The notes beneath the pieces were generated by a model. The model was not told the DNA's origin, made no database searches, and worked only from the letters and a program-made list of their open reading frames with translations. The position numbers were made by a program, and so were the translations under genes. 64,000 nt of DNA from Histomonas meleagridis 2922-C6/04-290x (lineage: Eukaryota; Protista; Parabasalia): the NCBI GenBank assembly GCA_020184695.1, contig JAANOX010000249.1, positions 1-64,000 on the forward strand, in the 5' to 3' direction. Positions 35,101 to 46,480 of the stretch are shown piece by piece. Numbering within the stretch: the first letter of the stretch is position 1; every line of letters starts with the position of its first letter.

Positions 35101-35512
35101 TCATTGGAATGACGCAAAGTTTTCACCGGGGAATGAAATGATTTCATATAACTTACATTTGATACCCGCCGCAATTAACGCGTTTATACATTTGTTGAAA
35201 ATGTTTTGTAGTTCAAATGATAGTAAAATTATCGGAACAGCAATGCAGTTCTATTTCTCAGTCTACAGAAGAATTATAACATTCAAAATGAATACAGTGC
35301 AGGAGATGTCCCACGAGTCAGTTAACGCAATGATCATTTTGACCGATTTGTTCCCAAAGTATATAAATGATTTGGAGTACGGAAGAATAGGCTCAAACTT
35401 CCCGTACTCGGTGATAACGGAGGCGTACAGAGAGGTGGAAATTAAGACGAGAGAAATAGAAATGCAGAGAGAAAAAAACTTGAAAATGGAGAAAGGAAAA
35501 AAAAAAAGGTAA
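32180..35512 (+). CDS. NCKAP1/Nap1/Hem-like WAVE-complex subunit
   Basis: 1110 aa helical protein. Size and the segment FTVQYCKLFVTIIKVVLFL are consistent with the Nckap1 family. Confidence 0.55.
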   Translation: MSKARIGSFDVSEVLCQHIDQLYSQMEVLRSIIHQGSPFCKALKTKQGQNLINFLTDAQKSKTVKISESNSKFVKEYIPQLQNAIKILSYMFEWYETAKKQLLSMDSHSIGLDIRWNNVFTVQYCKLFVTIIKVVLFLHFHPPSRIVALMSSIFPDLTKIPVYGGIRSLIRFTNQSTASPFDFLSEEFGVLSIRLSQFCANIGPFLVQVFGIWPIVNWQSFSVFNRSETAPDSTLPSYHHMILINLELMKETVSFFCIIFNEFITLNKQFSSIMTTILSDCNSIFLSRTYKISIQSIFQAYEKTGKKINPLLLSIISDDNTNKKKISHKQRMLHITSLLRDIIDIASYDASYLPKFMYNILPLASFACYEINVAFSEETISKTAAKLVSVLVDLSVLFSKFQNTISRFFLFNLATQDSNYLNQMLHQYSSSQETWQNELISKVIDLSEQLQTLDLEQYDKGSRYDVTPFIYSSGRILYQFNEVRTKQKAAFLNSLFEHVTTIVFHSKLMLKPLDTFLQSCPIHQLWKHSDTINKYILQKKGGIQIYSRFITLCSFFNCDQICLTNIPTVRSVLNKYMQSWRGDLIQSLRSTVSELLTSNKPIISIVNQNRFSQLFDPDPYVKYHLEHIEATDSTKEVFSDAELREPIWQLKEFMDNIPNSITLIGVQDPINFSEYFAHHLTTNLGSLLFKNSVADAPMVDAAFSAATQLLWPLYVLLNVSYPLRMIEFRFENTTTESHSFLELISKLRNAKENELTNDPSITFLKVFENRLIQFIKEDYKKSLYPPYGHCFFNYLQNDYKVDDFISEQGFKYFISSLGIHSSFSLDYILIVEITNIMLNIFNIYQSLSNDISTWYSDFRNNGQLWTKSSQNAQIHTAADLIVKLGIVLMIRKLLRKSMNEMIEQNIPGLIKLLNSSVLRLTSDRIGLKEDIIIEIALNKNDFKVIEIILNEKQITKCSDPIQFFFFLSLLNMNNHWNDAKFSPGNEMISYNLHLIPAAINAFIHLLKMFCSSNDSKIIGTAMQFYFSVYRRIITFKMNTVQEMSHESVNAMIILTDLFPKYINDLEYGRIGSNFPYSVITEAYREVEIKTREIEMQREKNLKMEKGKKKR

Positions 35513-35953
35513 AGAAAACGAGGCCAAAAAGTAAAAGTTCGAATTCGATATTTTTGGTTTTTATAATGTGAACTGTAACTCAGAACACATTTTGGATTTT
35601 GTGCTTAGAAATTACAAAACATTAAAATATAAAACGTGTGTAAATAAAACGAAAAAAGAATTCGGACATTCTGAAGGTTATGGTAAATCGATAGAGAAGT
35701 TTAAGATGGAATTTGTCATTGCACAACATAATAAGCCTACGAAATTAAATGAAAATGACTTGAAATAAATTATTTGCAAAAAAGAAACTTAATAACAGAA
35801 TTGTCGTGAACCATATGAAAACATTTTTTTTACAAAGGTTTAATATATTTGTTTTCTCTTCATTTTTGTGATTTAATTCATTGAATTGTCTATGTATCTA
35901 TCAATATCTAAAATTATATGAATGTAATAATGAAAATAATGTGCCAATCATAA

Positions 35954-36486
35954 ATGCAATCATTCCAAAAAAATAGATTAAAATCTTCTTTATCATTTGG
36001 ATTTGGATTTTCATTTGGTATAATAATTTTTAAACTAAATGCTACTAGCATTAATATCATTACATATGAATCTAATAATGATCATTTACCTAAGGCATTA
36101 ATTTCAAAAAACATATTTTTGTTGGTAAAACCCAAATTAATAACATCATAATAAGTTTTAAATATGTTGATATTAAAGCATCAGAAGTATAAAATTAATG
36201 AATTGAAAGAAAATACCACAGCAATTCAAATCTCTACATTAATTCCATCAGATCCTAATTCAAAGTCAGATAATTCTGGTGAAAATAAAAATAAAATATC
36301 AAAGGTGCAATAAATGGAATTCTTTGTGGTGCAACAGCAATAATTGTGATAATTGTTGGTGTTGTAGTGTTTGTAATAAGGAAAAACAGAAAGAAATTAA
36401 GTGATTCGAAACTCACTTTTGCAAAAGTTATCAATTACTTCCAGTATGAAACTGGTGTTTGGCACACAAGAAACCATTGTAAGTAA
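35954..36486 (+). pseudogene. Remnant of a type I surface-protein gene
   Basis: Broken fragments ending IPSDPNSKSDNSGENKNKISK, a frameshift, then GAINGILCGATAIIVIIVGVVVFVIRKNRKK (TM plus basic tail). Confidence 0.45.
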
Positions 36487-36783
36487 ATTAGAAAATTATA
36501 TTGTTTTATTTTAATTTTTAAAAAAGTTTCATGGTCTCCATCCAAAGTATTTATTGATGAAAATAAACAGAAAGGTGTAAAAAAATAGTTCGACAAAAAG
36601 GAAACTATTTATTGATTTATTCTGTTTTAACAAACTTAATAATTATTTATTTCATTAATGTTCATAACAAATTTATTATTATGCAATAATTAGATATTCA
36701 AATCTTTAATCATTTTTTATCAAATTTTCATTAAAAAATTGAAATGGTAAAAATTAAACAAAAGAAATATATTTTTAATAAAT

Positions 36784-37200
36784 TTAGTTACGTTCGCCAC
36801 GAATGCGTTGTGCAAGTTGAACATCACGTTCCATAATAGTAACACGGTTTGCATGAATTGCACAAAGGTTTGTATCTTCAAAGAGACCAACAAGGTAAGC
36901 TTCTGAGGCTTCTTGAAGAGCTGCGATAGCTGATGATTGGAAACGAAGATCACCACGAAATCCTGATGCAATTTCACGAACAAGACGTTGGAATGGAAGC
37001 TTACGGATTAAAAGATCTGTGCTCTTTTGATATTTACGAATTTCACGAAGAGCAACTGTACCTGGTCTGAAACGATGTTGCTTCTTAGCACCTTGTGAAT
37101 CAACAACTGGTGTTGACTTACGAGCTGCCTTAGCACCGAGTGATTTACGTGGAGTCTTACCACCAGTAGATTTACGAGCTGTTTGTTTTGTACGAGCCAT
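36784..37200 (-). CDS. H3: Histone H3 (parabasalid type)
   Basis: [50 protein letters not shown]. True ATG at 37200. Confidence 0.99.
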   Translation of the reverse strand: MARTKQTARKSTGGKTPRKSLGAKAARKSTPVVDSQGAKKQHRFRPGTVALREIRKYQKSTDLLIRKLPFQRLVREIASGFRGDLRFQSSAIAALQEASEAYLVGLFEDTNLCAIHANRVTIMERDVQLAQRIRGERN

Positions 37201-37226
37201 TGAATAAAATGAAGTTGAATAGCAAA

Positions 37227-37360
37227 GCGCCAAAATAAGTCGGTAATTAAATGTCATTTTGCACCCTTTAATATTTAAAGAAATTCGAATTTTTGAATCA
37301 TTCAATTTTTAATGGCACGGTGTGGCAATAAATTTGAGGTTCATAAAATAGCGCCAAAAT
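37227..37360 (+). promoter_or_regulatory. Two GCGCCAAAAT motifs in the H3/H4 bidirectional promoter (E2F-like TTTGGCGC on the minus strand)
   Basis: Identical 10-mers at 37227-37236 and 37351-37360 in the 200-bp divergent spacer. Confidence 0.55.
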
Positions 37361-37400
37361 GTCTTTTTGAATATTCCAAATGAAAGTGTCAATTTATTAA

Positions 37401-37706
<306 letters not shown>

Positions 37707-37939
37707 AAATACATTTATAGTTATTTAATGCTTTTTAATCCAATTTTTACAGATTACTTCAAATGAAGGAATTTCATTTTTTGAGTATGTGAGACAAAAG
37801 AATTATCATCATAAAGTGTTTGATGGTTTTCTGGAATTTAGTTTTTAGGGTTAATAAAAGTTTTATTTCTGGGAAGGTGAAGTAAAAATGAAGTGGTTGA
37901 ATAGTTTATAACACCGATTTTGAATAAAGCACTTCACAA

Positions 37940-39745
37940 ATGCTAAATGTTTATTACAGATATCAATCTATTGAAGGGTTTTATTATTATCACAACGAAC
38001 AATCTCAACAGTCAATATCATACTTTCCAAATGATGGAATAGTTCTTGATCCATTAACATTAAATCCAATTATAATAGAAAATCCGAATTATCAAGAATT
38101 TCTTAAAACATATTATGAACTTATTGAAAATATGAACGCACAACAAAATTTCACATCTCAATATGCTGAATATCAAAATGAAGGATATCAATCAACTTTA
38201 TTAAACTTTCATGAAAACAAAAAAGCAAACCCAAAAAAACACATGTGTAAAATGCAAGGAAGAAGTCATACCTTCATTAAAAATAATATATTTTCTAGGA
38301 TATTTGAACCGTTATCATTTCCACTTAAAAATTTTCATAAAGTACAAAGAATTCATAATCATGAGCATGAGGTAAAAAAGAGGAAGACCCAAATTTTTAC
38401 ATTAGTCCCTCTTCTTGATGTTCCAGAAAATGTGACTAGTTTTGATGAAAATAATCTTAGCAATAATAGCATTATTGTTAGAACAGATTCTTTTTTTCCA
38501 AATCAAAATGCTCCTTATCTTCCACCTGATATTATGGAAAATATACATAAATTTCAAGTTGAAGAATATGCAAAACAATATTTTAGAGAACACCGAAAAG
38601 GTAAAGCTTTTAACAGGAAACTTATATCTTTAGAAGAGATTACACATTTTACTAAAGATCAAATAGAATTCCCTTTAATAAAATCTATAAATTCAAGTGA
38701 TGAAAAAACTGCAGTTAAATGTTTTAAGTTAATACAAAGATATATTGGAGTTATATTTACTAAAGCACCACAAATTTGTGCAGATATGCTTATTCAAATT
38801 CTATATAATAATTCAAATCTTTGGGATGAGGTATATTTCCAACTTATTAAACAAACAAGGAATAATCCGAATCCAGAATGGGAAGGAAATACATGGAACC
38901 TATTTTTGATTATAGCTACTATATTTCCTTCATCGCGTAATAGTGAAGTTTGGATAAAATCACATATTGCAAGGTCTTCATTGTCTGAAAATTATAATAT
39001 TTCATCATTAGCACAACTTACTTATATTAGATTTTCATCGAGATGTGCAGTTGGTAAACCGAAAACAGGTTTAGAAACAAATTATATTTATATTATACCA
39101 AAAGAAATATTTTGTAAATATCCATCTTTTTCAGCATCTATATATGAACATTTATGGTATCAAAAAAAACTATATCCAGACTTTCCTATTCCTATTATTG
39201 TCCACTTAATGGCTGAAGCAATTATTGCTAAAGGTGCAGAAAAGCTTGAAGGAATATTTAGACTTACTGGAAACATGAAGAATGTTTTAGAAATGAAAAA
39301 AAATTTTAGCGAAGGAAAAAATCCACTTTCAAATGCAAATGTATTTGATATAACTTCATTATTTAAACTTTGGTTTAGAAGCATACCTAACCCGGTTTGT
39401 CCTGTTGATATCTTACCACAATTAAAAACAGCTTATGAAGATCAGACATTTTTGGAATTTGTAGATAAATTACCAATGGCTCATTTAAGTTTATTAGGTT
39501 ATTTAATTGGATTTTTAAGAAAACTTGTTCAAGCAGAAGAAACAACAAAAATGGATGCAAAAAATATGGCAATTGTGTTTGCACCTAATATTGTTCAACC
39601 TGAACATGATTTTAATGAAATCATACAAATTCAAGATTATTCAAAAATAGCAATCAATTTCATAGAATTTCTGATTAATAACTGGTGCGTAGACCAGTTT
39701 TATCCTTTACAAATTGAAACAGATTTTGATGAGTTTCAATTTTAG
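37940..39745 (+). CDS. MyTH4-RhoGAP protein (ARHGAP39-like architecture)
   Basis: WW-like YYYHN start, MyTH4 DEVYFQLIKQTRNNPN, and RhoGAP EGIFRLTG, LFKLWFRSIPNP and KMDAKNMAIVFAPNIV. Confidence 0.88.
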   Translation: MLNVYYRYQSIEGFYYYHNEQSQQSISYFPNDGIVLDPLTLNPIIIENPNYQEFLKTYYELIENMNAQQNFTSQYAEYQNEGYQSTLLNFHENKKANPKKHMCKMQGRSHTFIKNNIFSRIFEPLSFPLKNFHKVQRIHNHEHEVKKRKTQIFTLVPLLDVPENVTSFDENNLSNNSIIVRTDSFFPNQNAPYLPPDIMENIHKFQVEEYAKQYFREHRKGKAFNRKLISLEEITHFTKDQIEFPLIKSINSSDEKTAVKCFKLIQRYIGVIFTKAPQICADMLIQILYNNSNLWDEVYFQLIKQTRNNPNPEWEGNTWNLFLIIATIFPSSRNSEVWIKSHIARSSLSENYNISSLAQLTYIRFSSRCAVGKPKTGLETNYIYIIPKEIFCKYPSFSASIYEHLWYQKKLYPDFPIPIIVHLMAEAIIAKGAEKLEGIFRLTGNMKNVLEMKKNFSEGKNPLSNANVFDITSLFKLWFRSIPNPVCPVDILPQLKTAYEDQTFLEFVDKLPMAHLSLLGYLIGFLRKLVQAEETTKMDAKNMAIVFAPNIVQPEHDFNEIIQIQDYSKIAINFIEFLINNWCVDQFYPLQIETDFDEFQF

Positions 39746-39997
39746 TAAAATTTAATTTAAAAAAATTTAAAGTTTTTTAATTTTAAGCTGACTTTGAGAT
39801 AGTGATTTAGTGCTTTAATCTTTTGTTTAATTGAAAAAATTGTAATTTAAATAAGTAATTTTAAAAATAACATGTTTTATTCAAATTAAAAATGCGCTTT
39901 ATGGTACAAAATCATAAATTAGAGGCTTTGCTTTAAAAAAAACATCACTACTATTATTTCATATTATTAAATAACAAGGTGAAACAATTATCTGTCA

Positions 39998-40555
39998 TTA
40001 TAGTTTAACGTAATTTTTGAATTTTTTGAAATTATTGTTAATCAGCTTTTTTTTTGTTTTTTTTTTTCTTGGAAATATTAAGACAAAAGCTAGAATTGAT
40101 CCAACTGATGCAAATATAATGATTTGTTGTGTTGTTACTTCTTTATTGCTTACATCTGAGAATTTTATTAAATTGATTGTATATTGATCAAATTTTATAT
40201 TTAAAACATTGTTACACAAAAATACATCATATTTGTCAACAAACTGATTTATACAATCAGTTGGGTCTTTTTGTAAGTTAACTGAATATGATTCATTTTT
40301 GGTAAAAAATGATAAAATCAAATTGTTCTTTTCTTCTTTAACGTATGCTATTCCTAAGTAATATTGTATAAGATCAATGTTTTTTTGAGTTACATTATTT
40401 TTCCATATCCATCCTTGCAATGAATTTGAGTTTGATGTTGCAAACAAATATAAAGAAATACCAATTTGAGGCTGTTCATTGTAAGTCACCAATCCGTGCC
40501 ATTTCCCGATTAACTTATTTAGAAAATTTGCACCGAAAAAGAAACCCAATAACAT
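39998..40555 (-). CDS. Small hypothetical type I membrane protein
   Basis: 185 aa. Signal-like start, C-terminal TM followed by RKKKTKKK. Confidence 0.6.
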   Translation of the reverse strand: MLLGFFFGANFLNKLIGKWHGLVTYNEQPQIGISLYLFATSNSNSLQGWIWKNNVTQKNIDLIQYYLGIAYVKEEKNNLILSFFTKNESYSVNLQKDPTDCINQFVDKYDVFLCNNVLNIKFDQYTINLIKFSDVSNKEVTTQQIIIFASVGSILAFVLIFPRKKKTKKKLINNNFKKFKNYVKL

Positions 40556-40664
40556 TACGTTTTCACATCACATTACACTTTATACGATACGATTTTCAAT
40601 ACAACGATAATCATTTTCAGAGCAAAACGATATTTTCCCATTGAATTCATATCACATTTATTAA

Positions 40665-42647
40665 TTATTCCAAAGCTCGAATCATTTCATCTATTTCATC
40701 CAAATTATAAGGCGGATCTTTTTTCCTATCTGCGTTTTTCATTTCCATTATCATTTCTTCTGCATCCCAAAGTTTATTTCTCTTTTCTATTTCTGCTTTT
40801 GTGTTTCCGTCATAAACTTGCATCATGTGATTCGCTCTTTTTATCATTTGATCTGCTTTTTCATCGATTCTCATAAACATTTTCTTTCTCATTTCCACTT
40901 TTTCTTTTGTCTTCTTTAGTTCATCTCTTCTTCTTTTATATGTTGCTAATGAATGTCTTTGGTCTTCGTTATCTTCGAACCATTTTTGTTCTGTTTGAAT
41001 CTTTTCTCTTTCTTCATCTCCGCAGTAATCCTTTAGTTCGTTTTCGACTGCACTTGTGAATGAATAAAGTTCTGCTTCGAATTCGTTTTTAGTTTCGTCG
41101 ATTTTCTCTTGTTCTGTATCATCTCTTTGCATTTGCCTTTCGATGTCCATACACTTTTCTATTGTTTCATTATCAATGTTAACAATTGGTTTGTATTCCA
41201 ATTTGAAATTGTTCTTATCATTGATATCAAATGACAAAATGAAGTTCTTATCCAAACTTGCTTTGACCATACATTTGTTGTTATTCGAATTGTTAATTTT
41301 CGTTATATATAATGTTCCAATTATTTCATTATTAGATTCCACAATTACATCAGTTTTATCTTGCGCAATATCAATGTTAAATGATTTCATGCTTGGAATA
41401 GGAGTAAACTTCCTAAACAAAAGACTTTTCGTGGCGCGTCCTGATTGCGGTAAGTGCCATTTAGTGATTATGTCCATTGGCGTTACATCTTGTACATCGA
41501 ATGCAAATGTTCCTTTGTGTATAGATGCATAATAACTACAGCCAAGTGCAACACATTCATCCAAATTTAATGACGTGCTTAGATCTTTGCCAATTATTTC
41601 CGAAATTCGTTGTTTCACAGAGACAACACGTGCGCCGCCGCCAAGAAGTTGAACAACATCGATTTGCGATTTGTTAATTTTGGCACTAGAGAGACATTCG
41701 TCAATTGGCGCTTTAATACGCGTCAAAAGTGGCGCAATGGCAGTGTCAAGTTCATCGCGTTTAACAACAAAGTTAATGTACACATCCATAATTGGATCAA
41801 CTTCGAAGTTAACGGCTTTGTTAACCGAAAGATCTTTTTTGGCTTTTTCGACAGCACTCCTAAAACGAAGCATACCACGAGGATGTTGACGTGGATCAAA
41901 GCCATGATATTTCTCGGATACCTTTTGAAGAAGATAATCAATGAAAAGTGAGGTGAAGGAAGAGCCGCCTAAGGTGGGATCGGAGGCATGACTAATAACC
42001 TTGACACCTGTTTTAGTGATTTTAGTGAGTGATACACTCATGGAAAGATGACCGATATCAATGAATAAAACATTGATTGGATTCGTGGGATGGAGACGAT
42101 TGGAGTTGTTGACTGCATAGGCAATGGCTGCAGCGGTGTTGGAGTTAATAAGGGATACATCTTTACTCATGTAAGATGCAGCAAATAAAAGAAGACGACG
42201 TTTGGTTTCATTCCAATACTGCGGAACGGAAACAGAAACACTTCCAAGTAAAGGAACATTGAATATAACTTGTGTTAAGATTGATCTGAATAAAAATCCG
42301 ATACATTGTTCAGGACGAAGTGTTATCTGCTTATTATGATAATTAACACTGATTCCTGTTAAACCATCTGGTAATTCTACAAGAGTGAATGGAACTGCCT
42401 TTTCTAATTCAGCTCTATCTTGATATTTTAAACCAATTAATCGTTTCAAGTTGGTAATTGTAGAATCAAAGAATTCCATTTGGTGATGTTGGGAACCTTC
42501 ACATGAATATCTTCTTGCATTTGTGTATGTTACCATAGAAGGGATAAGACGATTTGAATGGTTACTTTTAAAAATTTCAACGTGCCCATTTTTCTCAGTT
42601 CCTACAACGCAATATTGATTTCCAAAATCTACACCTAATGTTTCCAT
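40665..42647 (-). CDS. Hsp70-family protein, Hsp110/SSE-like
   Basis: LGVDFGN, RLIPSMVTY, FIDIG, LGGSSF, VQLLGGGARV and LNLDECVALGC. Confidence 0.9.
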   Translation of the reverse strand: METLGVDFGNQYCVVGTEKNGHVEIFKSNHSNRLIPSMVTYTNARRYSCEGSQHHQMEFFDSTITNLKRLIGLKYQDRAELEKAVPFTLVELPDGLTGISVNYHNKQITLRPEQCIGFLFRSILTQVIFNVPLLGSVSVSVPQYWNETKRRLLLFAASYMSKDVSLINSNTAAAIAYAVNNSNRLHPTNPINVLFIDIGHLSMSVSLTKITKTGVKVISHASDPTLGGSSFTSLFIDYLLQKVSEKYHGFDPRQHPRGMLRFRSAVEKAKKDLSVNKAVNFEVDPIMDVYINFVVKRDELDTAIAPLLTRIKAPIDECLSSAKINKSQIDVVQLLGGGARVVSVKQRISEIIGKDLSTSLNLDECVALGCSYYASIHKGTFAFDVQDVTPMDIITKWHLPQSGRATKSLLFRKFTPIPSMKSFNIDIAQDKTDVIVESNNEIIGTLYITKINNSNNNKCMVKASLDKNFILSFDINDKNNFKLEYKPIVNIDNETIEKCMDIERQMQRDDTEQEKIDETKNEFEAELYSFTSAVENELKDYCGDEEREKIQTEQKWFEDNEDQRHSLATYKRRRDELKKTKEKVEMRKKMFMRIDEKADQMIKRANHMMQVYDGNTKAEIEKRNKLWDAEEMIMEMKNADRKKDPPYNLDEIDEMIRALE

Positions 42648-42960
42648 TAAAAGATTATGATTTGTGAATTGTTATGCCTCATTGAAAAAGTGACAAAAAT
42701 GAATGACTTACTATGAAAAAGTTGTTGTTTGTGTGCGAAATGATCGTATAACGATAACTGGCCGGCCATTTTTATCATTCAAAAATAATTCAAAAGTTTA
42801 TATTGAAGAGTTCCTGTTGAAGTTGTAATGGATTACTAACAAACAACCAATAAATACAAGTATTTATATGTAATATAACTTCATATTCATATGAAATTAA
42901 AATCTTAAAAATATTGTTGACGTCTGTTATTAAAAATTTAAATTATTACATATACTTTTA

Positions 42961-45900
42961 TTAAGATTCCGATTTATCATCTTTTGACTTTTTATATTTC
43001 AGGTACAAAAACACTGCAACTACTGCAATTACTACCACCAGAATACAACACAATACAATTCCCGCGATTTCTCCAGTACTTAATCTTTTAATATCATCAT
43101 CGTATATATAAGTTTTTCCATCATTATCAGGGTATTCATGATTTGGTAATTTTTCTGTTAAGTTAAACGTTACGTTATCATAAATTACCGGAATTATTTC
43201 GGGCGGATCTTTAATTACATTTAATTCCAATCTATCGAAATATGTTTTACCTCTTGCGCTTTTATCATGTTGTACGAAGTAACCTTGTGTTGACTTAAAT
43301 GACCAATTTTGTTTACCAGTAAAGAAAGTTGTATTAAATTTACCATTAAAATTCTTTTCTCTTGGATAATAATAAACTTCTTTCGAGTTCCCTTCAGCAT
43401 CTAAATAAGAACATCCATGCATCAAAGTGAACTGTGATGAAGTAGGATCAAAAGATTCAATTGCTAATGCGCAATATGTGTCATATAATCCTCCGTCACG
43501 GATATTATATTTAAAGTAATTCGACATATATATTTGGAACGTACCTGATTTGATTTCTGCAACTGAACCTGCAAGCGCACCTTCGAATGATGTCATTTCT
43601 GTTGTACCTGACCATGTCCACATTGTATTATCTATTATAAATCGACGTAAGTATTCTTTAGTTTCATTATAATCCGCTGTTGGACGATTAATTTTATTTG
43701 GTAGTGTACCTGTATAAGATTTAAGTGTATATTTTATGGTATATAAATTCGTTTTAGGGACAAGTGCAACACGAATACTTTTCGATGTAACATTACATAA
43801 AAACTTAATAAACATAAGCTCACTTTGGATATTAAGAATAATTCCATTTCCACTTGGATAACCAATTATTAATTCTCCGATTTTTGGTGAACTAATTCCA
43901 AAATGTTCAAATTCTGCTAATGAATCAACTGCTTTTTGTATCCATTCATTTTCATCATTATATTTCCAAGCAATTTGATCACCACCACCAAGTAAAAGTT
44001 CTATTTGTGCTACTGCTCTATTACCATTAACTATTGAACCTTCAAAACTTAAACCATTATTTGATATAACAAATTTTTTGGTAATTGTTATACTACCAGA
44101 AATATTCTTTAATGTAATTGACGTTGATGATGATTCAGTAATGTTATAATTCATCCAACTTGTTTGTTGGAAAATAGTATTATCAGTAATGTCACGAAAA
44201 TCAATTCCATAATTTTGGCCAATATAATTAATACCATTATAAGAAAAATGTCCACACATTCCACGTACGTCTGGACAAATCCATGCTTCATATTGACCTG
44301 AATTAATTGATTTAACTGAATGAGGATTACCAAGAATTTCACTTAATGCACGCCATTTTTCATAATATTTAGCTACGTCCATTATACTTTCATGAATATA
44401 TTCATTTAAAAGTAACGCTGATTTTTCTTCTTCATTCTTAGGTACAAATTTACAAGTTGTAGAAGTCCATTCTAAAGTTTGATCATTTCGATTAACGAAA
44501 TATAATAATCCGCAACGTGATGTAAGTGAAGACATTTTATTATGATATTTATAGTCTTCATTTTTAGCGGATTTAATTGCTTTATCCCATTGTGCTACAG
44601 ACCATCTAAGGAAGTCTTCATCAAGGTTTTGTCCTAATCCTCCCCATGATGTATAATATACAGGTTGTGTACCACGATATACTTGATACATACCTTTATT
44701 TAATATGTTTTGGACAATTTCACTTGATTCAGGTCCATAATAACCATCACAAAAATCACGTACTAATTCTTCGATATCTAAATCAATATCATACATTAAA
44801 TGTGATAACATCCATGACTTAAGTTCGGCCATATCAGCATGAAATTGACGTCTTTTTGATGAACCAATTAAATCTTCTGGTAAATATCCATCAATTTTAT
44901 AACGCTTAACAAATAACTTTAAATCAGATGCAAGTCCATATATTAAATGATGTGGAAATGCTCCTTGTGAATCAAAATTAGCAGAATAATCATAGAGTGT
45001 GAAATGCCCCGTAATATTACGCCATTTTTCCATGTTAAGGATAAAGTCTTGATTTGCAGAATAGAAATTCTCTTCTGGAATAATACTTAATGGACGTCCA
45101 TGATCATTTCCAATTGGACATGTACGGAAATATATATGTGAATTAGGTAATATATTCGTAGGACATTTAACGGAATCAGATAGAAGAAATGTTCGGACTT
45201 TAAAATCATTAGTTAACTTTTGTATTTCATTACACATTCGATTCAGAAATTCGACATGAAGACCTGAGCATGAATCACCATATTCATGGAACTTTTCGGT
45301 ACATTCAGAACAATGACAATATCGACCATTATCTCCTTGTGATAACTCAATATAATACGCAGTGTTTTTACCATTCTTTTGGATGTCTGCTTTGATATCT
45401 TCTAACACACGTTCAGATGCAAATTTCCACGTGTCCTTGTTGGAAAGACATAAGGCATCTGTATAACGACCACCATCCGGATTCATGGCATAACATTGTG
45501 GGTATTTTGATAATGGATATTTGGTACGATCAAATCCAAAAAATGAATGTGTGCCATAACGAGCACCAAGAGCTCCTCCATAGTTACCAGCATTTCCTGA
45601 ATCACCTCCGTTGTTCCTGAAATGTGCTTTGAGTGTGGTATTAAACATTGGATCATCTGCATAAATTTCACGATATGGAACAGATGGTGTGTGACTCATT
45701 ACAAGATTGGAGGGGATATAAATGGTGGAATTCTTTGGCATTACTGTCCACCATGATGTATACCATCGAACATTCAAAAATTTTTCTAGATAGTCAAAAA
45801 CTCCATAGCATACACCACGTTTTCCTCCATTAATATAAATGTTGGTTTCATCTGTTACAATTTCATATGTTTCATCGTCGATATCAAAGAATCTGACTTT

Positions 45901-46137
45901 TCCATTTGACTTATTACAAGGACCAAGATATATTGCTTTTTCATGTGTTGTACTTGACTCGGCTTCAATAGGAAGTTCTACGTCAGCAATTGCTTGAAAA
46001 GCAATATTAAGTTCTTCTGCAGCTGTTTTGTAGTAAGTTGGCATTCTTCCATTTGTTGCAGCAACAACAATAAAATAATCTGATTTGCCATTGGAGATAA
46101 TATCAATGCATTGAACAAAACCCAACAGCAAAAACAT
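42961..46137 (-). CDS. Membrane-anchored DUF4838-like protein (bacterial-type, putative glycoside-hydrolase fold)
   Basis: Signal peptide, AAEELNIAFQAIADVELPI, YINGGKRGVCYGVFDYLEKFLNVRWY, LCLSN, LSQGDNGRYCHCSEC, YCDGYYGP-like FCDGYYGP, C-terminal TM. Confidence 0.75.
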   Translation of the reverse strand: MFLLLGFVQCIDIISNGKSDYFIVVAATNGRMPTYYKTAAEELNIAFQAIADVELPIEAESSTTHEKAIYLGPCNKSNGKVRFFDIDDETYEIVTDETNIYINGGKRGVCYGVFDYLEKFLNVRWYTSWWTVMPKNSTIYIPSNLVMSHTPSVPYREIYADDPMFNTTLKAHFRNNGGDSGNAGNYGGALGARYGTHSFFGFDRTKYPLSKYPQCYAMNPDGGRYTDALCLSNKDTWKFASERVLEDIKADIQKNGKNTAYYIELSQGDNGRYCHCSECTEKFHEYGDSCSGLHVEFLNRMCNEIQKLTNDFKVRTFLLSDSVKCPTNILPNSHIYFRTCPIGNDHGRPLSIIPEENFYSANQDFILNMEKWRNITGHFTLYDYSANFDSQGAFPHHLIYGLASDLKLFVKRYKIDGYLPEDLIGSSKRRQFHADMAELKSWMLSHLMYDIDLDIEELVRDFCDGYYGPESSEIVQNILNKGMYQVYRGTQPVYYTSWGGLGQNLDEDFLRWSVAQWDKAIKSAKNEDYKYHNKMSSLTSRCGLLYFVNRNDQTLEWTSTTCKFVPKNEEEKSALLLNEYIHESIMDVAKYYEKWRALSEILGNPHSVKSINSGQYEAWICPDVRGMCGHFSYNGINYIGQNYGIDFRDITDNTIFQQTSWMNYNITESSSTSITLKNISGSITITKKFVISNNGLSFEGSIVNGNRAVAQIELLLGGGDQIAWKYNDENEWIQKAVDSLAEFEHFGISSPKIGELIIGYPSGNGIILNIQSELMFIKFLCNVTSKSIRVALVPKTNLYTIKYTLKSYTGTLPNKINRPTADYNETKEYLRRFIIDNTMWTWSGTTEMTSFEGALAGSVAEIKSGTFQIYMSNYFKYNIRDGGLYDTYCALAIESFDPTSSQFTLMHGCSYLDAEGNSKEVYYYPREKNFNGKFNTTFFTGKQNWSFKSTQGYFVQHDKSARGKTYFDRLELNVIKDPPEIIPVIYDNVTFNLTEKLPNHEYPDNDGKTYIYDDDIKRLSTGEIAGIVLCCILVVVIAVVAVFLYLKYKKSKDDKSES

Positions 46138-46480
46138 TTTAATGACTTTTGGTTGTATCGCTCAATTTTGAGTGCTTTAATTCAATAGAACAAAATTTCA
46201 ATGTGAAAGGCCTTTCAAAAAAAAACGGTTATGTTCACAGTCAAGAATGTGAGGCGGAACTTAAATTCTCGAATTCCTTTATTATCTTAATATCATGACA
46301 GCACCTAAAGAGCCAAGCTTCATCAAAACTCAAGAGCGTTTGTTAATCATCATCAAACTTTTTCAAAAATTGAAAATTGGCAAATATAATAAATATTTAG
46401 TAATTGCTTCTGATAAAATTTACCACAACATGTGTTTCGTTTTGGATATGAATTTAGTCAACACCTACATGTTTCATTAA

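Noticed and set aside
37201-37305. 35-aa N-terminal extension of H3 from the ORF track
   Set aside because: It is promoter sequence. The canonical MART start is at 37200.
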